From: Lachnospiraceae bacterium
GTDB taxonomy: Bacteria; Bacillota; Clostridia; Lachnospirales; Lachnospiraceae
Assembly (NCBI GenBank): GCA_017469275.1
Contig: JAFUGT010000014.1
Span: 2,079-66,078 of the forward strand
Length of the DNA: 64,000 nucleotides
Direction of reading: 5' to 3'
Part shown: positions 18,624 through 28,381 of the stretch, one piece after another
Layout: each line of letters opens with the position of its first letter
How positions within the stretch are numbered: position 1 is the stretch's first letter
Notes under the pieces: generated by a model
Seen by the model: only the letters and a program-made list of their open reading frames with translations
The model's database searches: none
What the model was told of the DNA's origin: nothing
Position numbers and translations under genes: made by a program

Positions 18624-18652
18624 TTGACTTTTACTTCACAAAAAGTTATCAT
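18624..18652 (+). promoter_or_regulatory. Candidate sigma-A promoter for the HPr-like gene
   Basis: TTGACT (18624-18629), a 17-nt spacer, then TATCAT (18647-18652). Confidence 0.4.
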
Positions 18653-18705
18653 AAATATAGATAGTGTTAACGCACATTATAATAATTTTAGGAGGACATG
18701 CAATT

Positions 18706-18936
18706 ATGAAATCAGTTAAAATTTCATTGAATTCAATCGATAAGGTTAAGAGCTTTGTTAACGATATCGCTAAGTTTGATGCAGAATTCGATCTTGTATA
18801 TGGAAGATATGTTATAGATGCAAAGTCAATCATGGGAATCTTCAGTCTTGATATTTCCCAGCCAATCGATCTCAACATTCATTCAGAGGGTGATGATGCA
18901 GAGATCATGAAGGTTCTTGAGCCATATATCATCTAA
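18706..18936 (+). CDS. HPr-family protein lacking the His15 site (Crh-like)
   Basis: 76 aa. KSIMGIFSL matches the HPr Ser46 region. The position equivalent to G-I-H15-A-R-P reads S-I-D-K-V-K. The start is refined to ATG at 18706, downstream of AGGAGG. Confidence 0.7.
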   Translation: MKSVKISLNSIDKVKSFVNDIAKFDAEFDLVYGRYVIDAKSIMGIFSLDISQPIDLNIHSEGDDAEIMKVLEPYII

Positions 18937-18958
18937 CCAAGTATATACTTATCATCAG

Positions 18959-18991
18959 AAGGATGTCGAATATCTCGACATCCTTTTTATT
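18959..18991 (+). terminator. Rho-independent terminator
   Basis: Stem ggatgtcga (18961-18969) / tcgacatcc (18975-18983) with a 5-nt loop, followed by TTTTTATT. Confidence 0.7.
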
Positions 18992-19081
18992 GTTATTTTC
19001 CACCTGCATCGTTTTAACTATTACAGTTCTTTTTATATATCTTCTATCTGTATCTTTTATTACTATTTTTGATACAAGCCT

Positions 19082-20266
19082 CTATTCAGGCTTTATTTCA
19101 CACACTTCTATTGTATCAATCGCAGTCTTATAAAGTTCATCTATGACATCTGTAAGTTTCGTCTCTGACCTTTTGATTATATCCAGATTAGGTTTTGTTA
19201 CAGGGTGCTTTGCAACAAATATAGTGCAACAATCCTCATACGGCAAAATGGATGTTTCATACGTATCTATCTTCTCTGATATATCAATTATATCCTGCTT
19301 ATCCATTCCGATACATGGTCGAAATACAGGCAATGTACATACTTCGTTAGTGCAATACAAACTTTGCATAGTCTGTGAAGCCACCTGGCCTATGCTCTCT
19401 CCCGTTATAAGCGCCTGACAACTATTAGCTTTAGCTATATCCTCAGCAATTCTCATCATATAGCGTCTCATAATAATTGTAAGTTCATCATGAGGACATT
19501 TCTCGTAGATTGCCAACTGTATATCCGTAAAATTAACTATATGCAATCTTATAGGACCCGAATATTCCGATACAATACGGGCAAGATCGATTACCTTCTG
19601 CTTTGCGTGCTCAGAAGTATATGGAGGAGCATTGAAATATATAGCTTCCAACTCTACGCCTCTCTTAGAGATCATATAACCGGCAACAGGCGAATCTATA
19701 CCGCCCGACAATAGCAACATAGCCTTACCGTTAGTACCGACCGGAAGACCACCTGCACCCTTGATAGTCTCAGAATAAATGTACACTTTCTCCCTCAGTT
19801 CTATGGTTAACATAACGTCAGGATTATGCACATCAACCTTATAATCAGAGAATTCTTCCAGTAAATAGTGTCCTATCTCACTGTTGACCTCCATCGACTG
19901 CATCGGAAAAGACTTGTCGGCACGTCTGGTATATACCTTAAAAGTCAGGTTTTTATTGCCATAACGCTTCCCCATGTATTCTATTGATTTATTCTTTATA
20001 GAATCAAAATCTACACTATCCTCCACAACAATCGGGCATATTCCAATTATTCCAAACACCTTCTGAAGCTCAGTTATGACATCTTCATAATCAAAACTGC
20101 TTTCAGCTTCAAGAAATATTCTTCCATACTCGCGTCTTATAACAAAATCACCGAGTTTATCAACGTGCTCTTTAATTCTGTTACATAGAACATCTTCAAA
20201 AACATATCTGTTTTTACCTTTTGTTCCTATCTCCGCATATTTTATCATGAATGCCTTGTATTCCAT
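19082..20266 (-). CDS. thiI: tRNA 4-thiouridine synthase ThiI
   Basis: THUMP-type N-terminus and PP-loop LLLSGGIDSPVA. 394 aa. Confidence 0.9.
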   Translation of the reverse strand: MEYKAFMIKYAEIGTKGKNRYVFEDVLCNRIKEHVDKLGDFVIRREYGRIFLEAESSFDYEDVITELQKVFGIIGICPIVVEDSVDFDSIKNKSIEYMGKRYGNKNLTFKVYTRRADKSFPMQSMEVNSEIGHYLLEEFSDYKVDVHNPDVMLTIELREKVYIYSETIKGAGGLPVGTNGKAMLLLSGGIDSPVAGYMISKRGVELEAIYFNAPPYTSEHAKQKVIDLARIVSEYSGPIRLHIVNFTDIQLAIYEKCPHDELTIIMRRYMMRIAEDIAKANSCQALITGESIGQVASQTMQSLYCTNEVCTLPVFRPCIGMDKQDIIDISEKIDTYETSILPYEDCCTIFVAKHPVTKPNLDIIKRSETKLTDVIDELYKTAIDTIEVCEIKPE

Positions 20267-20306
20267 ATTTTACCATCCTTTGTCCGGTATTCGATATTTT
20301 TATAAT

Positions 20307-21470
20307 TTATTTTCTAGTAAACCTTCTTAATGTCGGGAGTAGTTCCTTCAGAACTTTAACCGTATATTCAGCCTCTTCTACCGTGTTATATTCACTAAAA
20401 CTGAATCTTAAAGTCGAGTCAAGCAGTTTTTCATCAAGACCTATTGATTTGAGTACTCCACTTATAGCAGGGTGATTAGAAGAGCAAGCCGAGCCGGCAG
20501 AAACATATATCCCTTTATCTTCTAAAGCATGAAGCAGAACTTCGCTTCTTACTCCTTCAAAACTAAGGCTGGAAATATGTGGTGCATCTCCGGAATTATC
20601 CGTGACTCCTTCTATGCTTGTTGCTCCATCAACCAATGTTTTTTTCACATTTTTCATTATGGTTATATTGTCATCTAACTTTTCATATATCTTTTCCACT
20701 GCTTTGCCCATGCCGGCAATTGCAGCTGTATTCTCCGTACCTGAACGAAGTCCCTTTTCCTGCCCGCCACCAAATAATATAGGCTTTATCTTGACATCGT
20801 TGCCCACAAAAAGAGCACCACTCCCTTTAGGACCATGTATCTTATGGCCGCTCATGGACAGCGCATCAATCCCGATTCTTTTGGGATAGATTCTCTGTTT
20901 TCCAAATGCTTGAACCGCATCAACATGATACAATACTTTTTTATTATTTGTTTCATTATACTCTTTGATTATCTTACCCACCTCTTCAATTGGCTCTATT
21001 GTTCCGATTTCATTATTAACAGCCATGACCGAAACCAGTATTGTATCATCACACAATTCTTCTCTAAGTTCATCAAGCGAAACCATTCCCCTAGAATCAA
21101 CCGATAAAAAGCTTACACGATATCCCTGTTCTTCTAAGAATAATAACGGATTATATACCGACGCGTGTTCAATCCTTGTAGTTATTATGTGATTACCCGC
21201 TCTCTTATTAGCTTCCACAATACCAATAAGCGCAAGATTATTAGCCTCAGTACCACCGGAAGTAAATGTAATCTCCTTCAGATCACATTTCAATTCTCTA
21301 CTGATAATTCTCCTGGCATCCTTAATATAGTTTTCGGCATCAACACCTTTGATATGAACTGACGAAGGATTACCATAATCTTTATCCATCGTTTCTAACA
21401 ATATATCCCTGACTTCAGGAATAATCTTTGTTGTCGCTGCATTATCAAAATATACTTCCATTCTTAACAT
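20307..21470 (-). CDS. Cysteine desulfurase (NifS/IscS class V aminotransferase)
   Basis: PLP-Lys motif SMSGHKIHGPKG and catalytic Cys loop SAGSACSS. It is paired with thiI. Confidence 0.9.
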   Translation of the reverse strand: MLRMEVYFDNAATTKIIPEVRDILLETMDKDYGNPSSVHIKGVDAENYIKDARRIISRELKCDLKEITFTSGGTEANNLALIGIVEANKRAGNHIITTRIEHASVYNPLLFLEEQGYRVSFLSVDSRGMVSLDELREELCDDTILVSVMAVNNEIGTIEPIEEVGKIIKEYNETNNKKVLYHVDAVQAFGKQRIYPKRIGIDALSMSGHKIHGPKGSGALFVGNDVKIKPILFGGGQEKGLRSGTENTAAIAGMGKAVEKIYEKLDDNITIMKNVKKTLVDGATSIEGVTDNSGDAPHISSLSFEGVRSEVLLHALEDKGIYVSAGSACSSNHPAISGVLKSIGLDEKLLDSTLRFSFSEYNTVEEAEYTVKVLKELLPTLRRFTRK

Positions 21471-21476
21471 CCTATT

Positions 21477-24119
21477 CTATGCTTCATTAGCTACAATGAT
21501 ACTATTCTTCTTATTATTCCGTTTAATAAAATGAATAGCACATAATATCAAGTATAATATGATTCCACACAACGACATAATCTTTCCATATACCGGCGTA
21601 ACACCAACATACTTGAATTCAACAATATGCTCTCCCTTTGTAAGAGGTACACCTATCGATGCTCCTCCTATTGTCTTACATTTTGTCTTATTACCATCGA
21701 CATATACATCAAATCCTACATCAGACTGAACAGATGTCATCATAATACCATCTTCTTCTGCCTTGATAGAACCCTTGATATAATCAGATTCCATAGTCTC
21801 AATATCATATACATTTTTGCTAAGTTTTTCATACACTTTAGAATATGCATCCTCATTGAATTTTGCAAAGCGGAAAAATACAGATGTATAAGTATCCTTA
21901 TAATAATCTTCATTTATTAGTGCTACTAATGTTACTTTCTGTCCTTTTTTTACCGTTCCCACATGTATAGTACTTCTATTATACCCATCAGAATCTCTGC
22001 CAATAATTTCACCATCTATAAATGTTGAAAACCTACCCGCAAATGACGATCTCGCATCAACATACAAATCCATATCTTCATCAGCAACAAATTCTATCTG
22101 AATACTATCATTTTCATTACCATAAGAACTTTCAAAATTATATACATAAGCTTCTTTAGAAATATATGACTCGTCACGTTTTATCTCTTTTTTCAATATG
22201 TCATTACACTTTACTTCAGGATTAATTACAGTAAATATATTATCAGCTTCGCCCGTGGTCAAGTAAGCAAAGGAATTCTGACATTCAAAACACGTTTTAT
22301 CATTTGGATCCCATTCCAATATATCATTATTAACCATATACCCCAGTCCTGCAAGACGTCTAACTTCAAATAAATTACTACCATAATATGACTTTACTAT
22401 GTCTGCATCACTCGTATCAACTTTAGTGTTTGCAACAAGAAACCTGACATTGAATATCAGGTTAATCAAAGGAGAGCCCCCTTTGAGTGTATATTCAACA
22501 TTTCCTGTATTCCCCATTCCCAATCTTCCCATCAAATTATGCATATTTCCATTAATAGCAGATACAAAGCCTGATATAGTACTTTTCGATGTAAACAACC
22601 CTGCATTATCATAACCCATTGATGATGACATTCTTTCACCAATATCAAGATCTGCATCTTCAAATGCACTGATCCCAAATAAATCATTAGAGCTATCATC
22701 AACAAACATTATAGTATTGTAGTGCTCATTAATTAAATAGTACGCATTACAAGATAATTCCATCATTCCCAACACTGCAATTATAAGCAACATCTTATCA
22801 TATGATATTCCCTTTCTGCAGAACACAACAAACAATAAAATGTAAACAAAAATCAGAAACATCGTGGTGATATATATTATGGTGGAATCATAATTATCAA
22901 TACTAAAAAATGTATAGAAAAATGCGATCACACTTATGGTTCCAACTACAATTACATGTTTAGATAATACATCACCCAAATGTATTAATACCATCATCAA
23001 TAAGAATAACAATATAAAAACATAAAAATTAGAAAATCTATGGTATACCCCATTAGGAACATTGAACAAATGCCAAATCAAACTTAATGAACCAACGAAA
23101 AAACTAAGAGTCATAAATAAGGTGACAGATATTAGATATATCTTTTTTTTCTTTTCAATATCAATAAATATAAAAAATAATACAGTAATGACTCCAATTA
23201 CCGATAAATATATATTGGGCTCCATTCTATATGGATTATTAATGGGCGAAAATATAAAAAGTTGTTGTATAAAATCAGTAAAACCAATAATGATAGATTT
23301 TGCATATTCCGAAGTAGCATTATAATCTGCATTCATTCTAATACGATTGCCTGAAATAACCAAACCATCTATTATTAAACCTGACGCTATTAACGCAGAC
23401 AAAACTGAACTACAAGCAAAAATAAAGAATTTTTTCAACTTATCCTCTGTATCTGAATCATATTGAAAAAAGAACCACATAACCAGAAATATACATACTT
23501 CAAACGCCATATATGCATTACTTATAATGGTAAATGTAAGTATTAGACAATATAATAACCAATTTTTATTATCAACCAATCTTTCAATTAACAACAATAA
23601 TATAGGAAAACAAATTGTAACATCAGTAAATTGAATATATCTAATAAAATTAATATTACTACTACTCAACATAAATGTAACCCCAAGAAATAAAGAAACT
23701 GCTTTTTTATGAGTACGTAACGTATTATACTTTGTATTATAAAAGAAATACACCATTGAAACACCGGTACATGACCATTTCAATACCATTACTACCTGAA
23801 TCATATCAATCATATAATTTTTAGGAAAAATTAACAAAAGAATAGTAAACGGCGAAAAAAAATATCCTAAAATTGCCAAAAAAGGCATCCCACCTACTAC
23901 ATTCCATGTATAACTCAAACTTTCTCCACTATGAATTTTTTCCCATAATTCCATAGCAAATGGCAATAATTGAACCGATGTATCTCCGTTAAGTATTGAA
24001 GCGTTACCACTTAACCATCCATCATTAAACAGAGCAACAAACAACAATATTATCCAAGGAACGCAAAAAGCTATAATATATATACAGAATTTTTCCCAAA
24101 AAGCAATTATTTTTTTCAT
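21477..24119 (-). CDS. YfhO-family polytopic membrane glycosyltransferase (GT-C-like)
   Basis: 880 aa with more than 10 N-terminal TM helices, then a large extracytoplasmic C-domain and a terminal TM. The overall architecture and N-terminal sequence style match the YfhO family. Confidence 0.75.
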   Translation of the reverse strand: MKKIIAFWEKFCIYIIAFCVPWIILLFVALFNDGWLSGNASILNGDTSVQLLPFAMELWEKIHSGESLSYTWNVVGGMPFLAILGYFFSPFTILLLIFPKNYMIDMIQVVMVLKWSCTGVSMVYFFYNTKYNTLRTHKKAVSLFLGVTFMLSSSNINFIRYIQFTDVTICFPILLLLIERLVDNKNWLLYCLILTFTIISNAYMAFEVCIFLVMWFFFQYDSDTEDKLKKFFIFACSSVLSALIASGLIIDGLVISGNRIRMNADYNATSEYAKSIIIGFTDFIQQLFIFSPINNPYRMEPNIYLSVIGVITVLFFIFIDIEKKKKIYLISVTLFMTLSFFVGSLSLIWHLFNVPNGVYHRFSNFYVFILLFLLMMVLIHLGDVLSKHVIVVGTISVIAFFYTFFSIDNYDSTIIYITTMFLIFVYILLFVVFCRKGISYDKMLLIIAVLGMMELSCNAYYLINEHYNTIMFVDDSSNDLFGISAFEDADLDIGERMSSSMGYDNAGLFTSKSTISGFVSAINGNMHNLMGRLGMGNTGNVEYTLKGGSPLINLIFNVRFLVANTKVDTSDADIVKSYYGSNLFEVRRLAGLGYMVNNDILEWDPNDKTCFECQNSFAYLTTGEADNIFTVINPEVKCNDILKKEIKRDESYISKEAYVYNFESSYGNENDSIQIEFVADEDMDLYVDARSSFAGRFSTFIDGEIIGRDSDGYNRSTIHVGTVKKGQKVTLVALINEDYYKDTYTSVFFRFAKFNEDAYSKVYEKLSKNVYDIETMESDYIKGSIKAEEDGIMMTSVQSDVGFDVYVDGNKTKCKTIGGASIGVPLTKGEHIVEFKYVGVTPVYGKIMSLCGIILYLILCAIHFIKRNNKKNSIIVANEA

Positions 24120-24289
24120 TATTATTGAACCTCGTATAATAAGTGTATAGCCAATAGAAATGATGGTTATGCACTTATCCTTTCTCTAAAATTTATAGAT
24201 AATCTGAGACATCAGGGTAAACCCTTTCCATCTCATCTACATTGGTTATTAGTTACATAGGTTATTCTGGGGTATGATATCAGCATAGT

Positions 24290-24680
24290 CTAATGTCTAG
24301 ATGCACTGGTTATTTTCCTTTTACTGTTGTTGCCTCATTAGAATCAACTTCTGTTTACAGCATACCTATAGCTAACTCTCTCTCTTCATGTGAAGTGTTA
24401 TTACTCCTCAAACCTAATATGTTTGCCGTAAACCCCAACCGCACGGCAAACTACAAGAAAACCTACATCGGTGTCGTCAAGTCGGATCATATTGATTCCT
24501 TCGTTATTGCGGACTACGCAAGAGTCGGAAACATTAAAACGAAACCTTTTCGTGGCAGTCAGTTTCTTGCACTTAAATGCCTTACAAGACATCGACTTCA
24601 CGTAAATTTGTTCGTTTAGTTTATGGATTGCTGACCAGAAAACCAACTGTACTCCGGCGTATTGCTTGATACATCAAATA
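24290..24680 (+). pseudogene. IS110-family transposase relic (5'-truncated and internally deleted)
   Basis: LESTSVYSIPIANSL...FAVNPNRTANYKK...VKSDHIDSFVIADYARVG...LALKCLTRHR resembles the DEDD N-domain of IS110 transposases. It shifts frame directly into KFVRLVYGLLTRK, a typical extreme C-terminus. The central catalytic region is absent. Confidence 0.7.
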
Positions 24681-24806
24681 AATAACTCTTATTTAAGACT
24701 ATTTTCAATAGGTCCGTTAAAGTTACCCTTTTCCCAAAAATTCATATCAAAAACTTTTCATATCACCCATTGACATATCACCAGATTGCTCCTATCGTAT
24801 CACTAT

Positions 24807-26459
24807 CTATTTATAATTAATTTTGTACACATTAAACACATATCCTTCCTCAATAAGTTCATAATCACAATCATACCCATAATGTTCCTTATAATATGTA
24901 AGTAAAACATCAAGTGTCTTCTCTTTACTTTGTACAAAAAACACATTATCCTTGAGCACAATATCTTCAAGTACATTTTTAATTCCCTTATCACTCAAGC
25001 TACTTTTATAAGACGGGGAATTACATAACCAATTTCCTGTTGTTATAACATTTCTCATATAACCAGAGGATATAGAAGCATATGGTTTACAAACAAAACA
25101 AGTATTTAGAAAGTCCAACGTGTTGCACACATATATATTATCATTATCATTAGAGAAATATTCGACCGCTACAATCTCATCATTGTTGTAAAAATTATTA
25201 TAATTGAAATCCCGAAAAACTAACACATAATATATTATTAATGATAATAATAGTATTAAAATTGTAGATATATATATTTTCTTTTCTGATATCTTAGGCA
25301 ATAATTTATGAACATCACAATTATCTAATAACATATATATATACGAAACAATTGCCGAAAGCCATATAACATGATTAACCCTCTCAACCACTCTCCCCAT
25401 ATAAATAAATACAGATATATACATTATTGTTACAATTCCAACAAGAACTCCAAATAGTTGTATTTTTTTATTACTATTCCCAATACAACACAACAATAAC
25501 AACAACCATACCCAAAACAATACTCCATTACATTCTTCTACCAATAAAGCCATATCAAAAGCATTTTCATATTCAGCCTTTTGTATAACACTTAAAGACT
25601 TCAATCTATTTGTATCAAACACATTATTATCATCAAAAATCCAATTATCTAACATCAAAATATCATTGTAAGAAAAACCGTTTTCTTGATAGGCACTTAG
25701 ATTTTCCTCATAATCCGGAAACGGATAATCCATAACAAGAGCTCTTACCTCATTATATGAATTATAATCTTTCCAACCAGCATCAGATAAATAGTATAAT
25801 TTATCAAAAGCTGTCAATACAATAGCAAGTATAGCAACGCCTAAAATAGTAAAAATCATTTTTTTAATATCATTTGAAGTATTCATCATTGAATAAACGA
25901 CAATCAATATTGCAAAAGGTAATATCAGATAAATACTGTCAATTCTCAACATTATTCCATAGACAAACAACAAAACACCCATCCATAAATCAAACTTCGA
26001 GTCATTTACGATGAAAGACCACAAACATAAAAAACCTGCTATCATCATAAAACCTGCAGTTCTTGTAAATTGAATACCCCTTATAAAATTGAAAACAAAT
26101 ACAAACCAACTAAGTAAATTAACACAACATGCTAATTTAATATTTCCCTTGATAGCTATTAACTTTACCAGTGCAGATATTGCGATGATAACAAAAACAT
26201 ATTGAAACACCACGTACCAATTAAAAACAGGAATTAAACCAGTAATAAATTTCAATATATAACCTAAAATAACATTTGAAAAAACAAGACATTGTCGATA
26301 ATTATCGCCATAAGCTCCTGCCAGAATACAACCCATACCAAAATCATCATTAGTTTCAAAATATGTTGGGAAAAAAAATTTTAATATGATTACTGTGTAA
26401 AATAAATTTTGAACAAAAAAAATAAAAAAGTATTTCCATTCCTGTTTCTTCATAGCCAA
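24807..26459 (-). CDS. Uncharacterised polytopic membrane protein, candidate GT-C glycosyltransferase
   Basis: 550 aa with about 11 TM helices. An acidic motif follows TM1 (FETNDDFG), as in GT-C first-loop DxD/ExD motifs. There is a mid-protein soluble loop and a C-terminal soluble domain. It is the last gene of the Arn-like operon. The function is inferred, not recognised by homology. Confidence 0.4.
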   Translation of the reverse strand: MAMKKQEWKYFFIFFVQNLFYTVIILKFFFPTYFETNDDFGMGCILAGAYGDNYRQCLVFSNVILGYILKFITGLIPVFNWYVVFQYVFVIIAISALVKLIAIKGNIKLACCVNLLSWFVFVFNFIRGIQFTRTAGFMMIAGFLCLWSFIVNDSKFDLWMGVLLFVYGIMLRIDSIYLILPFAILIVVYSMMNTSNDIKKMIFTILGVAILAIVLTAFDKLYYLSDAGWKDYNSYNEVRALVMDYPFPDYEENLSAYQENGFSYNDILMLDNWIFDDNNVFDTNRLKSLSVIQKAEYENAFDMALLVEECNGVLFWVWLLLLLCCIGNSNKKIQLFGVLVGIVTIMYISVFIYMGRVVERVNHVIWLSAIVSYIYMLLDNCDVHKLLPKISEKKIYISTILILLLSLIIYYVLVFRDFNYNNFYNNDEIVAVEYFSNDNDNIYVCNTLDFLNTCFVCKPYASISSGYMRNVITTGNWLCNSPSYKSSLSDKGIKNVLEDIVLKDNVFFVQSKEKTLDVLLTYYKEHYGYDCDYELIEEGYVFNVYKINYK

Positions 26460-26478
26460 TCTCCATAATATAATATTA

Positions 26479-27615
26479 TCAATCGAAATATTTATTTATC
26501 ACTTCGATTATGTATATTATCTCTTCCTCAGTAAGCCCATAATACATCGGTAGTCTTAATAATCGATCACTTTCTTTAGTAGTATACTTATCATCTCCTG
26601 AAAATCTTCCATACTTTCTTCCCGCTACAGAACTATGAAGCGGAACATAATGAAAGACAGCCAGTATACCATTATCCTTAAGGTATTTCAACAAATTAGT
26701 TCTTTCTTCTAAATCCTTGACCTTTATATAAAACATATGGGCATTATGCTCACATTCATCAGGTATATATGGTAATGATACGTATCCTTTATCTTCAAGT
26801 TCTTTTAATCCACTATAATACATATTCCATGACTTCATCCTATCCTTTTTGATTTCTTCAGCAACCTCCAATTGAGCCCATAGATAAGCAGCGTTAATTT
26901 CGCTTGGAAGAAACGATGAACCCTTGTCAACCCATGTATATTTGTCAACTTGTCCACGAAAGAACTGATTCCGATTAGTCCCTTTTTCTCTTACTATTTC
27001 TGCCATTTCAAGATATTTCTTGTTATTTAGGAAAATTGCTCCGCCTTCTCCCATGCTGTAATTCTTTGTTTCATGAAAACTGTATGCTCCAAAATCGCCT
27101 AAAGTACCTAATGATTTTCCTTTATATGTAGCACACATTCCCTGTGCAGCATCCTCTATTACGTAAAGGTTATGTCGTCTTGCAATATTATTAATCACAT
27201 CCATATCACAACCCACACCTGCGTAATGGACTGGAACAATCGCTTTTGTTCGTTCAGTAATGGCGTCTTCAATAAGTTGCTCATTAATATTCATAGTATC
27301 TGGTCTGATATCAACAAATACACATGTTGCACCGTGTATCACAAAAGCATTAGCTGTAGAAACAAATGTATATGATGGCATGATAACTTCATCGCCCGGA
27401 CTAATCCCGCAAATCAAAGCACACATCTCCAGCGCAGATGTACATGATGTAGTCAATAATACCTTTTTCGCTTCGGTATAATTCTCTAACCATTGCTGAC
27501 ATTTGTTATTAAATTCTCCATCACCGCATATCTTTCCATTCCTTATGGCCTTAGATATGTACTGCTCTTCCATTCCGACATATGGTGGTTTATTAAATGG
27601 TATCATTTTTATCAC
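26479..27615 (-). CDS. DegT/DnrJ/EryC1 aminotransferase, WecE-like (dTDP-4-amino-4,6-dideoxyhexose transaminase)
   Basis: The N-terminus IPFNKPPYVGMEEQYISKAIRNGKICGDGEFNNKCQQWLE parallels E. coli WecE. The PLP-lysine motif SFHETKNY is present. Confidence 0.85.
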   Translation of the reverse strand: MIKMIPFNKPPYVGMEEQYISKAIRNGKICGDGEFNNKCQQWLENYTEAKKVLLTTSCTSALEMCALICGISPGDEVIMPSYTFVSTANAFVIHGATCVFVDIRPDTMNINEQLIEDAITERTKAIVPVHYAGVGCDMDVINNIARRHNLYVIEDAAQGMCATYKGKSLGTLGDFGAYSFHETKNYSMGEGGAIFLNNKKYLEMAEIVREKGTNRNQFFRGQVDKYTWVDKGSSFLPSEINAAYLWAQLEVAEEIKKDRMKSWNMYYSGLKELEDKGYVSLPYIPDECEHNAHMFYIKVKDLEERTNLLKYLKDNGILAVFHYVPLHSSVAGRKYGRFSGDDKYTTKESDRLLRLPMYYGLTEEEIIYIIEVINKYFD

Positions 27616-27627
27616 TCCTACCTAATC

Positions 27628-27978
27628 CTACTTTATACAAGACACACCTATTCCAATTATAATTAAAATAATTCCTAATGCCTTATTCTTTTCTATCTTC
27701 TCATTCACTGTAAAATATCCCAATATTGCAACAAAAATATAGCCCAATGATTCTATAACCGGAGCCATAGAAAGAGGAACTTTTTTGAGGGCAACAACCG
27801 TTAACAATGTGGATGCCAGAAAAATCACATAAGCCGTGATTACATAAGGATTAATATATTCTTTGATAACAGATTCATGTGACTTTTGTGTACTTTTTTT
27901 TAGAAGTACTTGCGCTATGGACGATATAAATACAGAACACACATAAATCAATATATATTTTATCATAGTAATTATCAT
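27628..27978 (-). CDS. Half-size EamA/SMR-like membrane protein (ArnE/ArnF-type flippase subunit candidate)
   Basis: 116 aa with 4 TM helices. It is paired with a second half-size protein next to a polyprenyl-phosphate GT2, as in arnC...arnE-arnF. Confidence 0.55.
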   Translation of the reverse strand: MIITMIKYILIYVCSVFISSIAQVLLKKSTQKSHESVIKEYINPYVITAYVIFLASTLLTVVALKKVPLSMAPVIESLGYIFVAILGYFTVNEKIEKNKALGIILIIIGIGVSCIK

Positions 27979-27991
27979 ACTCCATTATCAT

Positions 27992-28381
27992 CTATTCTTT
28001 ACTTATTGAATCTGAACGTACCACCAGAATAACACCAGCTATTATAATACATATTCCGATTATTTTCCATATAGTTATATGTTCTCGAAAAAACAAAGCC
28101 CCCCACAGCACTGTCCATATCATACATATCGCTTTATTAGAATACACTGTAGTAAGTTGCATTTTTTTCAATAATTGTTGCCATACAATCGCATATAATC
28201 CCATGTTAAAAAGTGAAATCCCATAAAACAACAAAAATCGCATCGACATAAAAGTTTCCTGCGATGCAACTTTGGACGAAGTCGCCAGTAAAGAATTAAA
28301 TAACAAAAAGACATGTAAAATCAAAATATTTCTAATAGATAAATTATGTTCTTTCAATATCGAATTTCCCTTCCGAATCAT
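27992..28381 (-). CDS. Half-size EamA/SMR-like membrane protein (ArnE/ArnF-type flippase subunit candidate)
   Basis: 129 aa with 4 predicted TM helices. Its 5' end overlaps the GT2 gene by 38 nt. Confidence 0.5.
   Translation of the reverse strand: MIRKGNSILKEHNLSIRNILILHVFLLFNSLLATSSKVASQETFMSMRFLLFYGISLFNMGLYAIVWQQLLKKMQLTTVYSNKAICMIWTVLWGALFFREHITIWKIIGICIIIAGVILVVRSDSISKE

Noticed and set aside
24121-24290. Searched the sequence left of the IS110 relic for terminal inverted repeats, target duplications or an att-like site marking the island boundary.
   Set aside because: Nothing convincing was found by eye. IS110-family elements typically lack inverted repeats, so their absence is uninformative.
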